Of a stretch of DNA of 64,000 nt, positions 1-11,194 are shown in pieces. The translations under genes and the position numbers were made by a program. The stretch is from Thermodesulfobacteriota bacterium (GTDB taxonomy: Bacteria; Desulfobacterota_D; UBA1144): NCBI GenBank assembly GCA_029246845.1, contig JAQWMJ010000040.1, forward strand, positions 32,001 to 96,000, given 5' to 3'. Below the pieces are notes generated by a model that was not told the origin of the DNA, did no database searches, and saw nothing but the letters and a program-made list of their open reading frames with translations. Each line of letters starts with the position of its first letter. The first letter of the stretch is position 1.

Positions 1-751
1 TCATTTCATTTGTTAAGTCTGCAAGTCTCTCTCGATCTTCAAGGATATCAAAATTTATATCTTCAACTAACCTAGTAGCCAATGAAAAATTAAAAGAATC
101 TAGATTTAGCATTTCAGAAAATTCAGTTACTAACTTATTGTAAAATTCAAAATGAATATTTTTCTTACGTGAATGCCACCCTACTTCAGTTGGTGGAACA
201 ACGAGCTGGTCCAAGTTTTCTAATATTGCGGGTGAAGAATCTGATAAATCATTATTAAGCAGAACTAGGTCTGGTTCAAAGTCATCCAAAAAGATTTTAT
301 CTCCTACTCTTTTAATCTTACTAGCTAAAACTTTTTCATTATCAGAAGCAGTAAATTCATACTCTCCAAAATCTCCATCGTATAAACCAACCCTAACTTT
401 TAAGTTCGCCTTTTCCAGAATCTTTACTAGTGAAAGTATATTGTCCCAATAAAAATTATTTCTTGTATGAAATTCAGGAACTATTAGAACCTTCTTAATT
501 TTACTGGAATGGCTCTCAGACTTAAAATCTCTTGTTAATTTTGCCGCTTGATCAATAAAAGTAGTAGAAAGGTTATTAAAGCCCCCCGGAAAAATATTAG
601 TATCTACAGCGGTTATCTTATTCTCAGAAACTCTTAAATCGACAGAAGTATAAAAGGGTATTTTAACTTCTCCTTGCTTCTTTCTAAACCAATCCGCAAT
701 CTTATCTTGATTTAGCAGAACAACTTCATCTATTTTTTCCAAAAAGGTCAT
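1..751 (-). CDS. gshA: Glutamate--cysteine ligase, GshA family (PF08886-type); 3' end runs off the window
   Basis: Not in the ORF track. Manual translation from ATG at 751: MTFLEKIDEVVLLNQDKIADWF...IPFYTSVDLRVSENKITAVDTNIFPGGFNNL, matching the family motif PFYxSVDLR...VDTNxFPGGFNNL. Confidence 0.85.
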   Translation of the reverse strand, partial: MTFLEKIDEVVLLNQDKIADWFRKKQGEVKIPFYTSVDLRVSENKITAVDTNIFPGGFNNLSTTFIDQAAKLTRDFKSESHSSKIKKVLIVPEFHTRNNFYWDNILSLVKILEKANLKVRVGLYDGDFGEYEFTASDNEKVLASKIKRVGDKIFLDDFEPDLVLLNNDLSDSSPAILENLDQLVVPPTEVGWHSRKKNIHFEFYNKLVTEFSEMLNLDSFNFSLATRLVEDINFDILEDRERLADLTNEM

Positions 752-804
752 ATTTTCTTAATCAGCTTAGGCAAAATCTCTTTTACAGCTTGAATCAAAC
801 AGTA

Positions 805-1668
805 CTAATTCTTAATAAAGCTGTCAATTGCTTCTTTTATTTTCATGTAATCAGCACCAGGGACAATATGTCCTTCTACAATGAAAGTTGGAGTGGATCT
901 AATGCCAATACCAACTCCTTCATCAACGCTTGATTTCACAAACTTCTTATACTTTTCAGACTTATCAAGACATGAACTATAATTAAATTTAACTTCTGAC
1001 ACAAATACACTACCAACAACTTCATTGAATGATAGTTCGTTAAATTGGTCTTGATTATCAAATATTAAATCATGCGATTTCCAGAAAGCTTCTTGACCAA
1101 AAGTATCGTAAACACAAGAAGTAAAAAATGCTGCGTCATCAGCCCATTTGTGTTGTTTTAAAGGGTAGTGTTTATAATAAAAAGTTATCTTTTCTCCATA
1201 CTCTGATTGCAACCTTTTAACTTGATTTGATCCATACTTACAAGCAGGGCACTGAAAATCGGAATATTCAACAATTCTAATAGCACCTACTGTATTATTT
1301 GTTCTTGGAACATCTGTAAGATTTATTAAATTCATTAAATCAGGATTTCTAATTGGACCAGAAAAATCATAGATTTGTGGTTGAAAGATTATGTATTTAC
1401 CATTATTCGAAATAAAAAAAGTTAGCTGTTGAGTTTCATCTATTTTTTTGAACAGTATTACGCCTTCTTTTAGACCCTCAATTGGAGAGTCTTTAATAGC
1501 ACTAATTGTCACTAGTGAATCTTCGGGAATGATAGATGAAAATTTTGATTTAAAATCTTTAAGAATCTTATTTTTATCCAAAACAATTTCTTTTTCTTTA
1601 GTATTATCAAAAGAATCACATCCCAAAAGAAAAAGGATTAAAAAAAAAGTTAGCCTAAATAAATTCAT
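805..1668 (-). CDS. DsbA/thioredoxin-fold exported (probable lipo)protein
   Basis: N-terminal LLGC lipobox-like signal; EYSDFQCPAC active site; GIRSTPTF cis-Pro motif. Confidence 0.85.
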   Translation of the reverse strand: MNLFRLTFFLILFLLGCDSFDNTKEKEIVLDKNKILKDFKSKFSSIIPEDSLVTISAIKDSPIEGLKEGVILFKKIDETQQLTFFISNNGKYIIFQPQIYDFSGPIRNPDLMNLINLTDVPRTNNTVGAIRIVEYSDFQCPACKYGSNQVKRLQSEYGEKITFYYKHYPLKQHKWADDAAFFTSCVYDTFGQEAFWKSHDLIFDNQDQFNELSFNEVVGSVFVSEVKFNYSSCLDKSEKYKKFVKSSVDEGVGIGIRSTPTFIVEGHIVPGADYMKIKEAIDSFIKN

Positions 1669-2960
1669 TGTTTAATTACTCTTGCTAGAATTATCTGAGC
1701 ATTCTTATATAAATTCTTAAATGCAAAGCAATTTTCAAGCTCTTTTTTGTTCAGAATCTTCATGATTTTAGGGTCTGCTAAAAGTAAATCTTTAAAATTT
1801 TTATCATTATTCCAAGACTGAAAAGCTAAATCTTGAACCATTTTATAAGACTCTTCTCGGGACAAACCTTTCTCTATTAGCTTTACTAGTATATTTTGGG
1901 AAAATATAACACCATTTGTCTTCCATATATTTGAAAGCATATTCTCTTTATAGACATTAAGATTAGCCAGCATATAGTTCCCTCTAGCTAGCATGAAATG
2001 AACTAATGTTGAAGAATCTGGACCAATGACTCTCTCAACTGAGGAATGACTAATATCTCGCTCGTGCCACAATGGTATATTTTCAAAAGAGGCATTCGCA
2101 TTAGACCTAACTATTCTGGCTAATCCAGACAGATTCTCAGATAGTATTGGATTCCTCTTATGTGGCATAGCAGAAGACCCCTTTTGTCCTTTTGAAAAAG
2201 GTTCTTCAACTTCTAAAACTTCTGTTCTCTGCATGTGACGAATCTGAACCGAGATCCTTTCAATAGAGGAAGCTATAAAAGCTAGAGCTGTAAAAAATTC
2301 GGCATGATAGTCTCTATTGATAATTTGACTACTTATCTTTGCTGGTTTCAACTTTAAGATTGAACACGCCTTTGCCTCTACTTTTGGAAGTACATTCGAA
2401 TAAGTACCCACGGCGCCAGACATTTTTCCAACACTACATACTTTTATAGATCTTTCTAATCTTTCCTTTGCCCTCTTAATTTCGTCTAACCAATTCGCAA
2501 CAACTAAACCAAAAGTAGTTACCTCGGCATGTATCCCATGGGATCTCCCCATTATAGGTGTCTTAATATGCTTTTTAGCAAGCCTTGTAAGGACTTTTAT
2601 AGTTTCATTTAATTCTTTTTTTACTAGATTTCCTGAATCAACAATTAGAAGAGATAGAGATGTATCTAAGACATCAGAAGAGGTCAACCCTAAATGAACG
2701 AACCTTGAATCCTTTCCGATAGATTTTGCAAGATTTGTTGTAAAAGCTATGACATCATGCTTAATAACTTTTTCAAGTTTATCAATTTCTTTAGTTTTAA
2801 ATTTTGCCCTTTTCTTTATTCTTAAAAAAGATGCTTTAGGTATATGTCCGTAAAAAGCCCATGCTTCACAAACTGCAAGTTCAACCTCTAGCCATTTCTG
2901 ATATTTATTATCATCCGACCAAAGATTTTGCATTTCTTTAGTACTATATCTATCTATCAT
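1665..2960 (-). CDS. purB: Adenylosuccinate lyase
   Basis: MIDRY start (ATG 2960), HDVIAF, GRSHGIHAE, GSSAMPHKRNP signature. Confidence 0.96.
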   Translation of the reverse strand: MIDRYSTKEMQNLWSDDNKYQKWLEVELAVCEAWAFYGHIPKASFLRIKKRAKFKTKEIDKLEKVIKHDVIAFTTNLAKSIGKDSRFVHLGLTSSDVLDTSLSLLIVDSGNLVKKELNETIKVLTRLAKKHIKTPIMGRSHGIHAEVTTFGLVVANWLDEIKRAKERLERSIKVCSVGKMSGAVGTYSNVLPKVEAKACSILKLKPAKISSQIINRDYHAEFFTALAFIASSIERISVQIRHMQRTEVLEVEEPFSKGQKGSSAMPHKRNPILSENLSGLARIVRSNANASFENIPLWHERDISHSSVERVIGPDSSTLVHFMLARGNYMLANLNVYKENMLSNIWKTNGVIFSQNILVKLIEKGLSREESYKMVQDLAFQSWNNDKNFKDLLLADPKIMKILNKKELENCFAFKNLYKNAQIILARVIKQ

Positions 2961-3039
2961 TTGATTCAATATATTATACACAGATTTAAAATGTGTTACA
3001 TAAACTTGTTAATTACCTTTGATTCATTATAATTTTTAA

Positions 3040-4038
3040 ATGAGTCCCTTAAGGATAATTTTTTCAATACTAAGTTCTATCGCAGGGTTCTGGATTACTT
3101 TAGGTAATTTAAAGTCAGCAGGAAACTTGATTCTTCCATATTCTGTTGGTATCGGAATCTTTTGTGGTTTGCTAACCTTTTTCTTTGTATATTATTCCGA
3201 AAAACTTTTCACTGATTTAAGTGCCAAGGCCTTAATTGGTGGAACCATCGGTACTGCAGCCGCATTGCTATTCTTTTTAACTTTTGCTTATTTCTCCGAG
3301 ATAATTGGTCTAAGTAGTAGATACCCTTTTTATACTTATCCTATTGTCTTTTTATCCGTTCTCTGTCTGGGAATTGCAGTAGGTCTAAAAAAGGGTGGTG
3401 GGAATGAACAAGAAAATAAAAAACTAAATGAATTCTTTCACAGTAAAGTGCTTGATACTAGTGCAATTATCGATGGAAGAATTTCTGATATTTCAAAAGC
3501 TGGTTTTGTTGAAGGCACAATAATTGTTCCACAATTTGTTATTCGAGAGTTACAGTGGATTGCCGATTCCAATGATAGTCTCAAGAAATTAAGAGGAAGA
3601 AGGGGCCTCGAGATACTGAAGTCTATGCAAGACCAAAAAGATATTAAAGTTAAAATTTTTGATAGAGACTTTACAAATATAAAAGAGGTAGATCTGAAGC
3701 TTGTTAGACTTGCAAAAGAATTAACCGCTCACTTGGTGACTAATGATTTCAACCTTACTAAGGTTGCCAACCTACAGGGTGTCAGAGTCTTAAACGTTAA
3801 TCAGCTAGCAAACTCGCTAAGGCCGGTGATACTCCCTGGTGAGAAGATGAAAATTAAAGTATCTAAATCGGGAAAGGATGATAAGCAGGGTGTTGGATAT
3901 CTAGATGACGGTACTATGGTAGTAATAGATAACGGGAAAAAACATATTAGTGAATTTATTGATATCATTATTACTAGCGTAATTCAAACTCCTACTGGAA
4001 GAATGATTTTCTCTAAAGTCGGTGATTTGCATGATTAA
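3040..4038 (+). CDS. Membrane PIN/TRAM-domain protein (YacL family)
   Basis: N-terminal TM helices, VLDTSAIIDGR PIN motif, TNDFNL, C-terminal TRAM (GVGYLDDGTMVV); usual position before ispD-ispF. Confidence 0.9.
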   Translation: MSPLRIIFSILSSIAGFWITLGNLKSAGNLILPYSVGIGIFCGLLTFFFVYYSEKLFTDLSAKALIGGTIGTAAALLFFLTFAYFSEIIGLSSRYPFYTYPIVFLSVLCLGIAVGLKKGGGNEQENKKLNEFFHSKVLDTSAIIDGRISDISKAGFVEGTIIVPQFVIRELQWIADSNDSLKKLRGRRGLEILKSMQDQKDIKVKIFDRDFTNIKEVDLKLVRLAKELTAHLVTNDFNLTKVANLQGVRVLNVNQLANSLRPVILPGEKMKIKVSKSGKDDKQGVGYLDDGTMVVIDNGKKHISEFIDIIITSVIQTPTGRMIFSKVGDLHD

Positions 4039-4062
4039 AATAGTTACTTATTATTAATTCTT

Positions 4063-4749
4063 ATGCTACAACCAAAGTTATCTTTTATAGTTACAGCTGC
4101 AGGAAAAGGAATAAGGTATGGAAATAGTACTGCTAAGCAATTTAAGAAAATAAATGGCATACCTATATATATCTACTCTCTACTATCAATTGTTAAACTT
4201 AAAAATGTTGACGAAGTGCTTCTGACTATCAATAAATCAATCGGAATAGCATCTTTAAAGAACGAGCTAAAAAAATATAGGCTAGATAAAGTAAAGGTTG
4301 TAATTGGGTCAGACACAAGAGCAGAAAGTGTTTATACCGCCTTTAATAAAATAGAAGGGAAGCCAGGTTTTGTTGTAATACATGATTCAGTAAGACCTAA
4401 TTTTAATTTCGCTCTAATAAACAAAATCATTCAACAAATTAAAAATAATTCAGGGATAATTGTTGGCAGTAAAATCCAAGATACTATTAAAACAATTAGT
4501 GGAAATTCTCTAAGAGGAACTGTAAATAGAGATAAGTTGTGGGTAGCAGAAACCCCACAAATTTTTAAGTACAGTGCACTAAAAAAATGCTACTTAAATA
4601 GTATTGACTTCACTTCTTATACTGACGAGTGTCAATTGATGGAAAGAAATAATTTTAAAGTTAAAATATTTGAGAATCTTGAATATAATAATAAAATAAC
4701 TACAAAAAAGGATTTTGATGTTTACAAAAAGTTGTTGAGATATGTATAG
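4063..4749 (+). CDS. ispD: 2-C-methyl-D-erythritol 4-phosphate cytidylyltransferase
   Basis: AAGKGIRYG, KQF, IHDSVRP, ETPQIF, TDE, NNKITT; adjacent to ispF. Confidence 0.92.
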   Translation: MLQPKLSFIVTAAGKGIRYGNSTAKQFKKINGIPIYIYSLLSIVKLKNVDEVLLTINKSIGIASLKNELKKYRLDKVKVVIGSDTRAESVYTAFNKIEGKPGFVVIHDSVRPNFNFALINKIIQQIKNNSGIIVGSKIQDTIKTISGNSLRGTVNRDKLWVAETPQIFKYSALKKCYLNSIDFTSYTDECQLMERNNFKVKIFENLEYNNKITTKKDFDVYKKLLRYV

Positions 4750-5221
4750 AATAGGACTTGGTTTTGATATTCATAAAACTTCAGAAAAAAGAGAGCTTTT
4801 TATCGGTGGAATAAAAATACCTTCAAAATTTGGTCTTCTAGGACATTCTGATGCTGATGTATTAATACATTCTATATGTGACGCAATTTTAGGTGCCCTT
4901 GCATTGGGAGACATCGGAGAACACTTCAGTGATAAAGATCCAAAGAATAAGAATAAAAAAAGTAGCTTCTTTCTTAAAAAAATTATCAAAATGTTAAGAG
5001 ATAGAGACTTTAAAATAGTAAATATTGATTCAACAATTATATGTGAAAAGCCTCAAATGCTAAAATATAAAAGAAAAATTAAGCAGTCACTTGCTTCTAT
5101 AATGAAAATGGATGTTGATGATATCTCTGTAAAAGCAACAACCTTTGAAAAGCTTGGCCCTATAGGAAACAATGAGGGTATCGCTTGTAAAACTATAGCA
5201 TTACTCGAGAAAAAAAAATAA
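4742..5221 (+). CDS. ispF: 2-C-methyl-D-erythritol 2,4-cyclodiphosphate synthase
   Basis: RIGLGFDIH, GHSDADVLIH, GDIGEHF, SVKATTFE. Confidence 0.96.
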   Translation: MYRIGLGFDIHKTSEKRELFIGGIKIPSKFGLLGHSDADVLIHSICDAILGALALGDIGEHFSDKDPKNKNKKSSFFLKKIIKMLRDRDFKIVNIDSTIICEKPQMLKYKRKIKQSLASIMKMDVDDISVKATTFEKLGPIGNNEGIACKTIALLEKKK

Positions 5222-5228
5222 AGAAAAA

Positions 5229-6113
5229 ATGATTTTTGAAAATAAAAAGAACACATTCTTAGGAATCAAAGATTCAAGGACCCCTAACACAGATGTAATA
5301 ATCGTCCCATACCCTTTGGAGAACTCCGTATGCTATGGGAAAGGGACAAGGATGGGTCCTGGTGAGATTATTAAAGCATCGCACCAACTAGAGCTTTATG
5401 ATGAAGATTTAAAATATGAGCCCTGCACGAGAATCAATATAAAGACAATTAAAACCAATTTGCCACCAAAAAATAATATTGAAGCAGTAGATGAAATAGA
5501 AAAGATAATTACAGATATTTTAAATATTAAAAAATTTCCTTTCATCTTTGGAGGTGAGCACACAATAACTGTCGGAGCTATAAATGCTTTTGCTAAATTT
5601 AAACAACCGCTAACTGTAGTTCAATTTGATGCTCATGCAGATTTAAGGAATGAATATCAGTCTAATATTTTATCTCATGCTTGCACAATGAGAAGATGCA
5701 TGGATTTGAAAAATATTAATATAATATCTATCGGTACAAGGAGCATTTCCAGAAGTGAAGCAATATTTTTAGAAAACAATAAAGATAGAATTGATATTTT
5801 TTCTGCTAAAGATAAGGACAACTGGGACACTAATAAATTTGCAGAGTTAATTAAAAATAAAAATGTTTATATTACTTTTGATGTTGATGCATTTGACTCT
5901 AGTATAATGCCTGCTACAGGGACACCTGAACCAGGAGGCTTACTTTGGGATGAAGTTCTTAAGTTAATAAAAATTATTTCTACAAATTCTAATGTTGTAG
6001 GTGCAGACATTAACGAACTTGCTCCAATAAAAAATTTAGATTCATGTAATTTTCTAATTGCTAAACTAGCTTATAAAATTATATCATTAGTCTTCCATTC
6101 AAAAAAATGCTAG
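5229..6113 (+). CDS. speB: Agmatinase (ureohydrolase family)
   Basis: GGEHTIT, FDAHADLR, FDVDAFD, GTPEPGG Mn-binding motifs. Confidence 0.85.
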   Translation: MIFENKKNTFLGIKDSRTPNTDVIIVPYPLENSVCYGKGTRMGPGEIIKASHQLELYDEDLKYEPCTRINIKTIKTNLPPKNNIEAVDEIEKIITDILNIKKFPFIFGGEHTITVGAINAFAKFKQPLTVVQFDAHADLRNEYQSNILSHACTMRRCMDLKNINIISIGTRSISRSEAIFLENNKDRIDIFSAKDKDNWDTNKFAELIKNKNVYITFDVDAFDSSIMPATGTPEPGGLLWDEVLKLIKIISTNSNVVGADINELAPIKNLDSCNFLIAKLAYKIISLVFHSKKC

Positions 6114-6179
6114 CGAATACCAATAATTTCTTCATAGTGTATATTTAATGTATTAAAAACAATAAAGTGAGGTATTACC

Positions 6180-6782
6180 ATGGCTTATGAATTACCAGAA
6201 TTAAAATACTCTTTTGATGCATTGGAACCCTATATTGATACACAAACTATGGAGATCCACTATTCCAAACATCATCAAACCTATATAACAAATTTGAATA
6301 AAGCGCTGGATTCATATCCTGAGCTTTTTGAAAAAAACATAGAAGATCTTCTAGTTAATTTGGATCAAATCCCAGAATCAATTAGAGTCGCTGTACGTAA
6401 CGGTGGTGGAGGTCATTATAATCATTCATTATTCTGGGAAACAATAGGACCAAAAACCGAGAACAAAATCAGCGAGAAAATGAACTTTTTAATCTCTGAA
6501 TCTTTTGATAGCTTTAATAACTTCAAAGCAGAGTTCACAGAAAAGGCTACTAAGCAGTTTGGTAGCGGATGGGGATGGCTAGCCCAAGACAACGGAGGAA
6601 AACTAGTAACACTTTCTACTCCTAACCAAGACACACCCCTTTCATCTGGTCTAAATCCAATCTTAGGAATTGATGTCTGGGAACATGCTTATTACTTAAA
6701 CTATCAGAACAGAAGGCCAGATTATATAAATGCTTTCTGGGAAATAATTAACTGGGAAGTGGTTGAAAGTAAGCTGAAATAA
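6180..6782 (+). CDS. sodA: Superoxide dismutase, Mn-type signature
   Basis: [28 protein letters not shown] and NQD are Mn-SOD determinants. Confidence 0.92.
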   Translation: MAYELPELKYSFDALEPYIDTQTMEIHYSKHHQTYITNLNKALDSYPELFEKNIEDLLVNLDQIPESIRVAVRNGGGGHYNHSLFWETIGPKTENKISEKMNFLISESFDSFNNFKAEFTEKATKQFGSGWGWLAQDNGGKLVTLSTPNQDTPLSSGLNPILGIDVWEHAYYLNYQNRRPDYINAFWEIINWEVVESKLK

Positions 6783-8458
6783 TGAAAAACAAGAAGTTTT
6801 CCTCATATATAACAAATGGTCTTGATAAAGCACCAAATAGAGCGATGCTTAGAGCTGTAGGTTTTACTAACCCAGATTTTGATAAGCCTATAATAGGAAT
6901 AGCGTCCACTTGGGCAATGGTTACTCCTTGCAATATGCATATTAACGGATTAGCAGATCATGCCGCTAAGGGTACTAATACCAACGGAGGGAAGGCGGTA
7001 ATTTTCAATACTATTACTGTATCAGATGGTATTTCAATGGGTACTCCTGGAATGAAGTACTCTCTGATATCTAGAGAAGTCATAGCAGACTCTATAGAAA
7101 CTGTTTCTGCAGCTGAAGGCTTTGATGGTTTAATTACAATTGGTGGATGTGATAAAAATATGCCAGGCTGTCTTATAGCTATAGCCAGACTCAATAGACC
7201 ATCCATTTTTATTTATGGTGGCTCAATAATGCCTGGAAGACATAAGAATAAACCTATCGATGTGGTTTCTGTCTTTGAAGCTGTGGGTTCATATTCAAAT
7301 AAACAAATTTCTAGAAAAGAATTAGAAGATATTGAGAAATCTGCTATACCTGGACCAGGCTCCTGTGGTGGAATGTATACTGCAAATACTATGGCCTCAG
7401 CAATTGAAGCTTTAGGAATGAGTATGCCAGGTAGTTCAACACAGATTGCTATATCACCAAACAAGAAAAAAGATTGTCTCGACTCGGGAAAAGCACTAAT
7501 GACTTTAATTAAGAAAAATATAAGACCTAAAGATATAATGACTAAAAAAGCTTTTGAGAATGCTATAACAGTCACTATTGCCTTAGGTGGCTCAACAAAT
7601 TCTGTTTTACACCTAATTGCAATGGCAAAAGCAGCACAAATTAAAATAACGATTGACGACTTCACAAGGATCGGGAAAAAAGTACCAGTTCTTGCTGATT
7701 TAAAACCCAGTGGCACACATGTCATGGCTAAATTCTGTCAAATTGGTGGATTACCTCCATTACTCAAAAGATTGTTGGACAATAATCTGATTCATGGAGA
7801 CTGCCTAACAGTCACCGGAAAGACAATGAGAGAAAATTTAAAAAATGTTAAAGATAATTTAGGAACTAAAATTATAAGAGACATATCGAATCCTATTAAA
7901 AAGGATAGTCATCTAGTGATACTTAAGGGGAACATCTCACCTGATGGTTCGGTAGCTAAAATTTCTGGCAAAGAAGGTCTTGTTTTTGAGGGTAATGCAA
8001 TTGTTTTCAATTCAGAAGAAGAGTGTATGGAAGCCATATTAAAGAAAAAGATAAAAAAGGGGCACGTAATTGTTATAAGATATGAAGGTCCGAGAGGGGG
8101 ACCTGGAATGAGAGAGATGCTAGCTCCAACATCAGCCATTATGGGACAAGGACTTGGTTCAGATGTTGCATTCATAACAGATGGGAGATTTTCTGGTGGT
8201 ACTCATGGTTTCGTAGTAGGCCATATAACACCAGAGGCTTTTGACGGTGGCTTAATATCTATAATTAAGAATAATGATTTAATCAGAATCGACTCCTCTA
8301 AGAGAGTCCTTGAAGTTAAAATCCCAAAGAAAGAAATTGCGGCAAGACAAAAGAAATGGAAAAAACCATCGCAAAAACATCTAACAGGTGCCATATATAA
8401 ATATTCCGCTTTAGTCAGCTCTGCTTCTGAAGGTGCAATAACAGATGGTAAAAACTAA
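6782..8458 (+). CDS. ilvD: Dihydroxy-acid dehydratase ([2Fe-2S]-type, PCN motif)
   Basis: [34 protein letters not shown]. Confidence 0.95.
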   Translation: MKNKKFSSYITNGLDKAPNRAMLRAVGFTNPDFDKPIIGIASTWAMVTPCNMHINGLADHAAKGTNTNGGKAVIFNTITVSDGISMGTPGMKYSLISREVIADSIETVSAAEGFDGLITIGGCDKNMPGCLIAIARLNRPSIFIYGGSIMPGRHKNKPIDVVSVFEAVGSYSNKQISRKELEDIEKSAIPGPGSCGGMYTANTMASAIEALGMSMPGSSTQIAISPNKKKDCLDSGKALMTLIKKNIRPKDIMTKKAFENAITVTIALGGSTNSVLHLIAMAKAAQIKITIDDFTRIGKKVPVLADLKPSGTHVMAKFCQIGGLPPLLKRLLDNNLIHGDCLTVTGKTMRENLKNVKDNLGTKIIRDISNPIKKDSHLVILKGNISPDGSVAKISGKEGLVFEGNAIVFNSEEECMEAILKKKIKKGHVIVIRYEGPRGGPGMREMLAPTSAIMGQGLGSDVAFITDGRFSGGTHGFVVGHITPEAFDGGLISIIKNNDLIRIDSSKRVLEVKIPKKEIAARQKKWKKPSQKHLTGAIYKYSALVSSASEGAITDGKN

Positions 8459-9671
8459 TAAACTCCTCGACTTAGAAAATAAAAAAATACTGGTTGGTGT
8501 AACAGGAGGAATTTCTGTCTATAAAGCCTGCGAGATGATTAGACTACTAATGAAAGAAGGGGCTAATGTAAGAGTAGTAATGACTAAAAATGCTGAGAAA
8601 TTTGTCAGCAAGATGACTTTTCAGTATTTATCTGGCAACAAAGTGCTATCAAATATGTATGATGACACAGAATCAGAAATCTCTCATATAAGCTTAGCTG
8701 ATACATCAGACTTAATTCTAATATGCCCTGCAACAGCAAACTTTATTTCAAAATATGCTAACGGTATTGCTGATAATCTTTTACTTAATATACTTCTTGC
8801 GACTAAAGCCAGTGTAATAATCTGCCCGGCTATGAACGTTAATATGTATGAAAATCCACTAATCCAAGAGAATATCAAAAAGCTTATTTCTACAGGTGTA
8901 GAATTTGTCGAACCTGACAGTGGTGAGCTTGCTTGCGGCTGGGAAGGTAAAGGAAGATTAGCGGATCTAGATAAGATATTAGAATTTATTAAAAAAAAAG
9001 ACACTAATCAGGATTTGATTGGAGAAAATATTCTTATAACCTGCGGTGCAACAAGAGAATTCCTTGACCCTGTAAGATTTATCTCAAATCCCTCATCTGG
9101 TAAAATGGGACTGTCTCTAGCTAAAGTACTTGAGGCCAGAGGAGCAAAGACAAAAATTATATATGGTCACATAGATGAAGATATTTCAAACCATAAAAAT
9201 ACAGTACAGTGTGAATCTGTAGAAGAAATGGAGAAGGAAGTATTTAAGGACTTTGAAAATTTTACGGTAATAATTAAAGCAGCAGCAGTGGGTGATTATA
9301 AATTCAAAAGCTTAGAAAAAAATAAAATAAAAAAGGATATGAAATCTCTTAATCTCCAAATGGAAAAGACTAATGATATTTTGGCAAGAATAGGAAAAGA
9401 AAAAAAGCATAATCAAATTCTAATTGGCTTCAGTGCTGAAACTGAGAATACGATTAAAAACGCAAAGAAGAAAGTTGTTAATAAGAATCTTGATTTGATA
9501 ATTGCTAATGATATATCAGTTCCTAATTCTGGATTTGGTAAAGACAATAATTTCACTTATATGGTAGGAAAGATGAATGAAGTTGAGGAACTAGGATTGA
9601 TTTCTAAACAGAACTTAGCAATCAAGATAGGTGACTACATTAAAAGTACGAGAATGGAATTATCGCAATGA
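8445..9671 (+). CDS. coaBC: Phosphopantothenoylcysteine decarboxylase/ligase
   Basis: [45 protein letters not shown]. Confidence 0.96.
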   Translation: MVKTNKLLDLENKKILVGVTGGISVYKACEMIRLLMKEGANVRVVMTKNAEKFVSKMTFQYLSGNKVLSNMYDDTESEISHISLADTSDLILICPATANFISKYANGIADNLLLNILLATKASVIICPAMNVNMYENPLIQENIKKLISTGVEFVEPDSGELACGWEGKGRLADLDKILEFIKKKDTNQDLIGENILITCGATREFLDPVRFISNPSSGKMGLSLAKVLEARGAKTKIIYGHIDEDISNHKNTVQCESVEEMEKEVFKDFENFTVIIKAAAVGDYKFKSLEKNKIKKDMKSLNLQMEKTNDILARIGKEKKHNQILIGFSAETENTIKNAKKKVVNKNLDLIIANDISVPNSGFGKDNNFTYMVGKMNEVEELGLISKQNLAIKIGDYIKSTRMELSQ

Positions 9672-9694
9672 TAATCCCATTCAAAAAATCTTAT

Positions 9695-9973
9695 CTATAA
9701 GATTGAATCTTTACATGCTTTAGCAATTCTGAATTTAACAACCTTTTTGGCTGGTATTTGAATTACTTCGCCAGTCTGAGGATTTCTACCCTGTCTTGCT
9801 TTTCTATCAACCAAAACGAGTTTTCCTAATCCAGGCACAGTAAATGTTCCACTTGCCTTAGCTTCCCCACATGCGAGCTCTGCAAAAGACTCCATAAAAC
9901 GTATTGCATCAGCTTTTGAAATACCTAATTTTTCTGCTAACGCACTAGAAATTTGTGATTTTGTTAATGCCAT
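9695..9973 (-). CDS. hup: HU family DNA-binding protein
   Basis: RKARQGRNPQTGEVIQIPAKKVVKF; AGGAGG Shine-Dalgarno upstream. Confidence 0.93.
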   Translation of the reverse strand: MALTKSQISSALAEKLGISKADAIRFMESFAELACGEAKASGTFTVPGLGKLVLVDRKARQGRNPQTGEVIQIPAKKVVKFRIAKACKDSIL

Positions 9974-10102
9974 AGTGTTAAGCCTCCTAAGTACTAATTA
10001 TTAATTAATATATTAATCAAAGTACCTTTTTTCCTTATAATAGTTTTTTAATAGTAAAAATGCAAATTTTATCTTCTAAAATCATGTATATTAATTTGCA
10101 TA

Positions 10103-11191
10103 ATGATACCAAAGAAAAGAAGTCTCTTTTTGTTCTTTTTAATATTCTCTTTAGTCTTAATAACAATCTATTACTTAAAATTTGGAAAAAAATCTGATCT
10201 AGATGAAAAAATTCTTATACCAAAAGTGGAAGTAATAGAACGAAATGTAGAGAATTTTACAAAAAAAGTCTATTTCTTAGCAAAACTCCATAGCAATAAA
10301 AGCATTGATATTATGTCTGAAACTGACGGAACTATCGAAAGCAGGGCCTACCAGATAGGTAACTATGTAAAAAAAGGGCAAATAATAATACAGATGACAG
10401 ATACCAGAAAGGTTCTGGAGCTTAAGGAAATAGAAGATATGCTGAAAGCATCTAAAGCGAGGCTAGATGAATCTTCATCAAACTATAGGAATAGCATAAA
10501 GCTTCATGAAAAAAATATTATCTCCGATAAAGAAAAAGAGACACAATTGAACTTGTATAGATCTAATAAATTTGAACATAATGCCCAAAAAATGCGTTAT
10601 AAAAGAGTACTTTGGGAGTTTGACAATCTAAGTATAAGGGCTCCATTTGATGGATATGTGAATAAGTTTTATTTTGATGTTGGCCAAAAGATTTCGAGAG
10701 GTACGGCTATGTTGGAATTTTTAGATAATAATACCCTTATAGGAAAAGCTAATCTTAGTTCTGTAAACGCAGAAACAATTAGAAAATCAAAGAATAAGTT
10801 GTTATTAAAAAACAAAAACTTGTACTTTGAGGCAGAAGTTCTAGGAATTGGAAGACAGATGAGTAATGATGCACCATCATACAAATTAGAGTTTAAAATT
10901 AATAACAAAGAAAGTAATTTTATTCCTGGTGAAGTTGTCGAAGTTGAAGTTGTTACGGCAGAATATAATGACTTTATTTCTTTTCCTTCTAGTGCAATTG
11001 TAATGGAAGAAAACCAATACTTTATTTTCATAACTAAGGATGGTGTAGTAAAAAAAATAAACGTATCTCCTACTCAGCTGGACAACAAGCTTTTTATTGT
11101 TCCACAGGTCCAGATTCCAATTCTTCATAAGATTGTTATAAATGGTCAGGCTAGACTAGAGAGTAATGACAAAGTAAGGATCAATAAGTAA
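10103..11191 (+). CDS. RND efflux periplasmic adaptor (membrane fusion protein)
   Basis: N-terminal TM anchor, lipoyl-like halves (VKKGQ, IRAPFDGYV), coiled coil; directly upstream of an RND permease. Confidence 0.85.
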   Translation: MIPKKRSLFLFFLIFSLVLITIYYLKFGKKSDLDEKILIPKVEVIERNVENFTKKVYFLAKLHSNKSIDIMSETDGTIESRAYQIGNYVKKGQIIIQMTDTRKVLELKEIEDMLKASKARLDESSSNYRNSIKLHEKNIISDKEKETQLNLYRSNKFEHNAQKMRYKRVLWEFDNLSIRAPFDGYVNKFYFDVGQKISRGTAMLEFLDNNTLIGKANLSSVNAETIRKSKNKLLLKNKNLYFEAEVLGIGRQMSNDAPSYKLEFKINNKESNFIPGEVVEVEVVTAEYNDFISFPSSAIVMEENQYFIFITKDGVVKKINVSPTQLDNKLFIVPQVQIPILHKIVINGQARLESNDKVRINK

Positions 11192-11194
11192 TAA

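Noticed and set aside
9680..9705. AATCTTA-TCTA-TAAGATT hairpin at the hup 3' end as a terminator
   Set aside because: The stem is short and nearly all A-T; too weak to call
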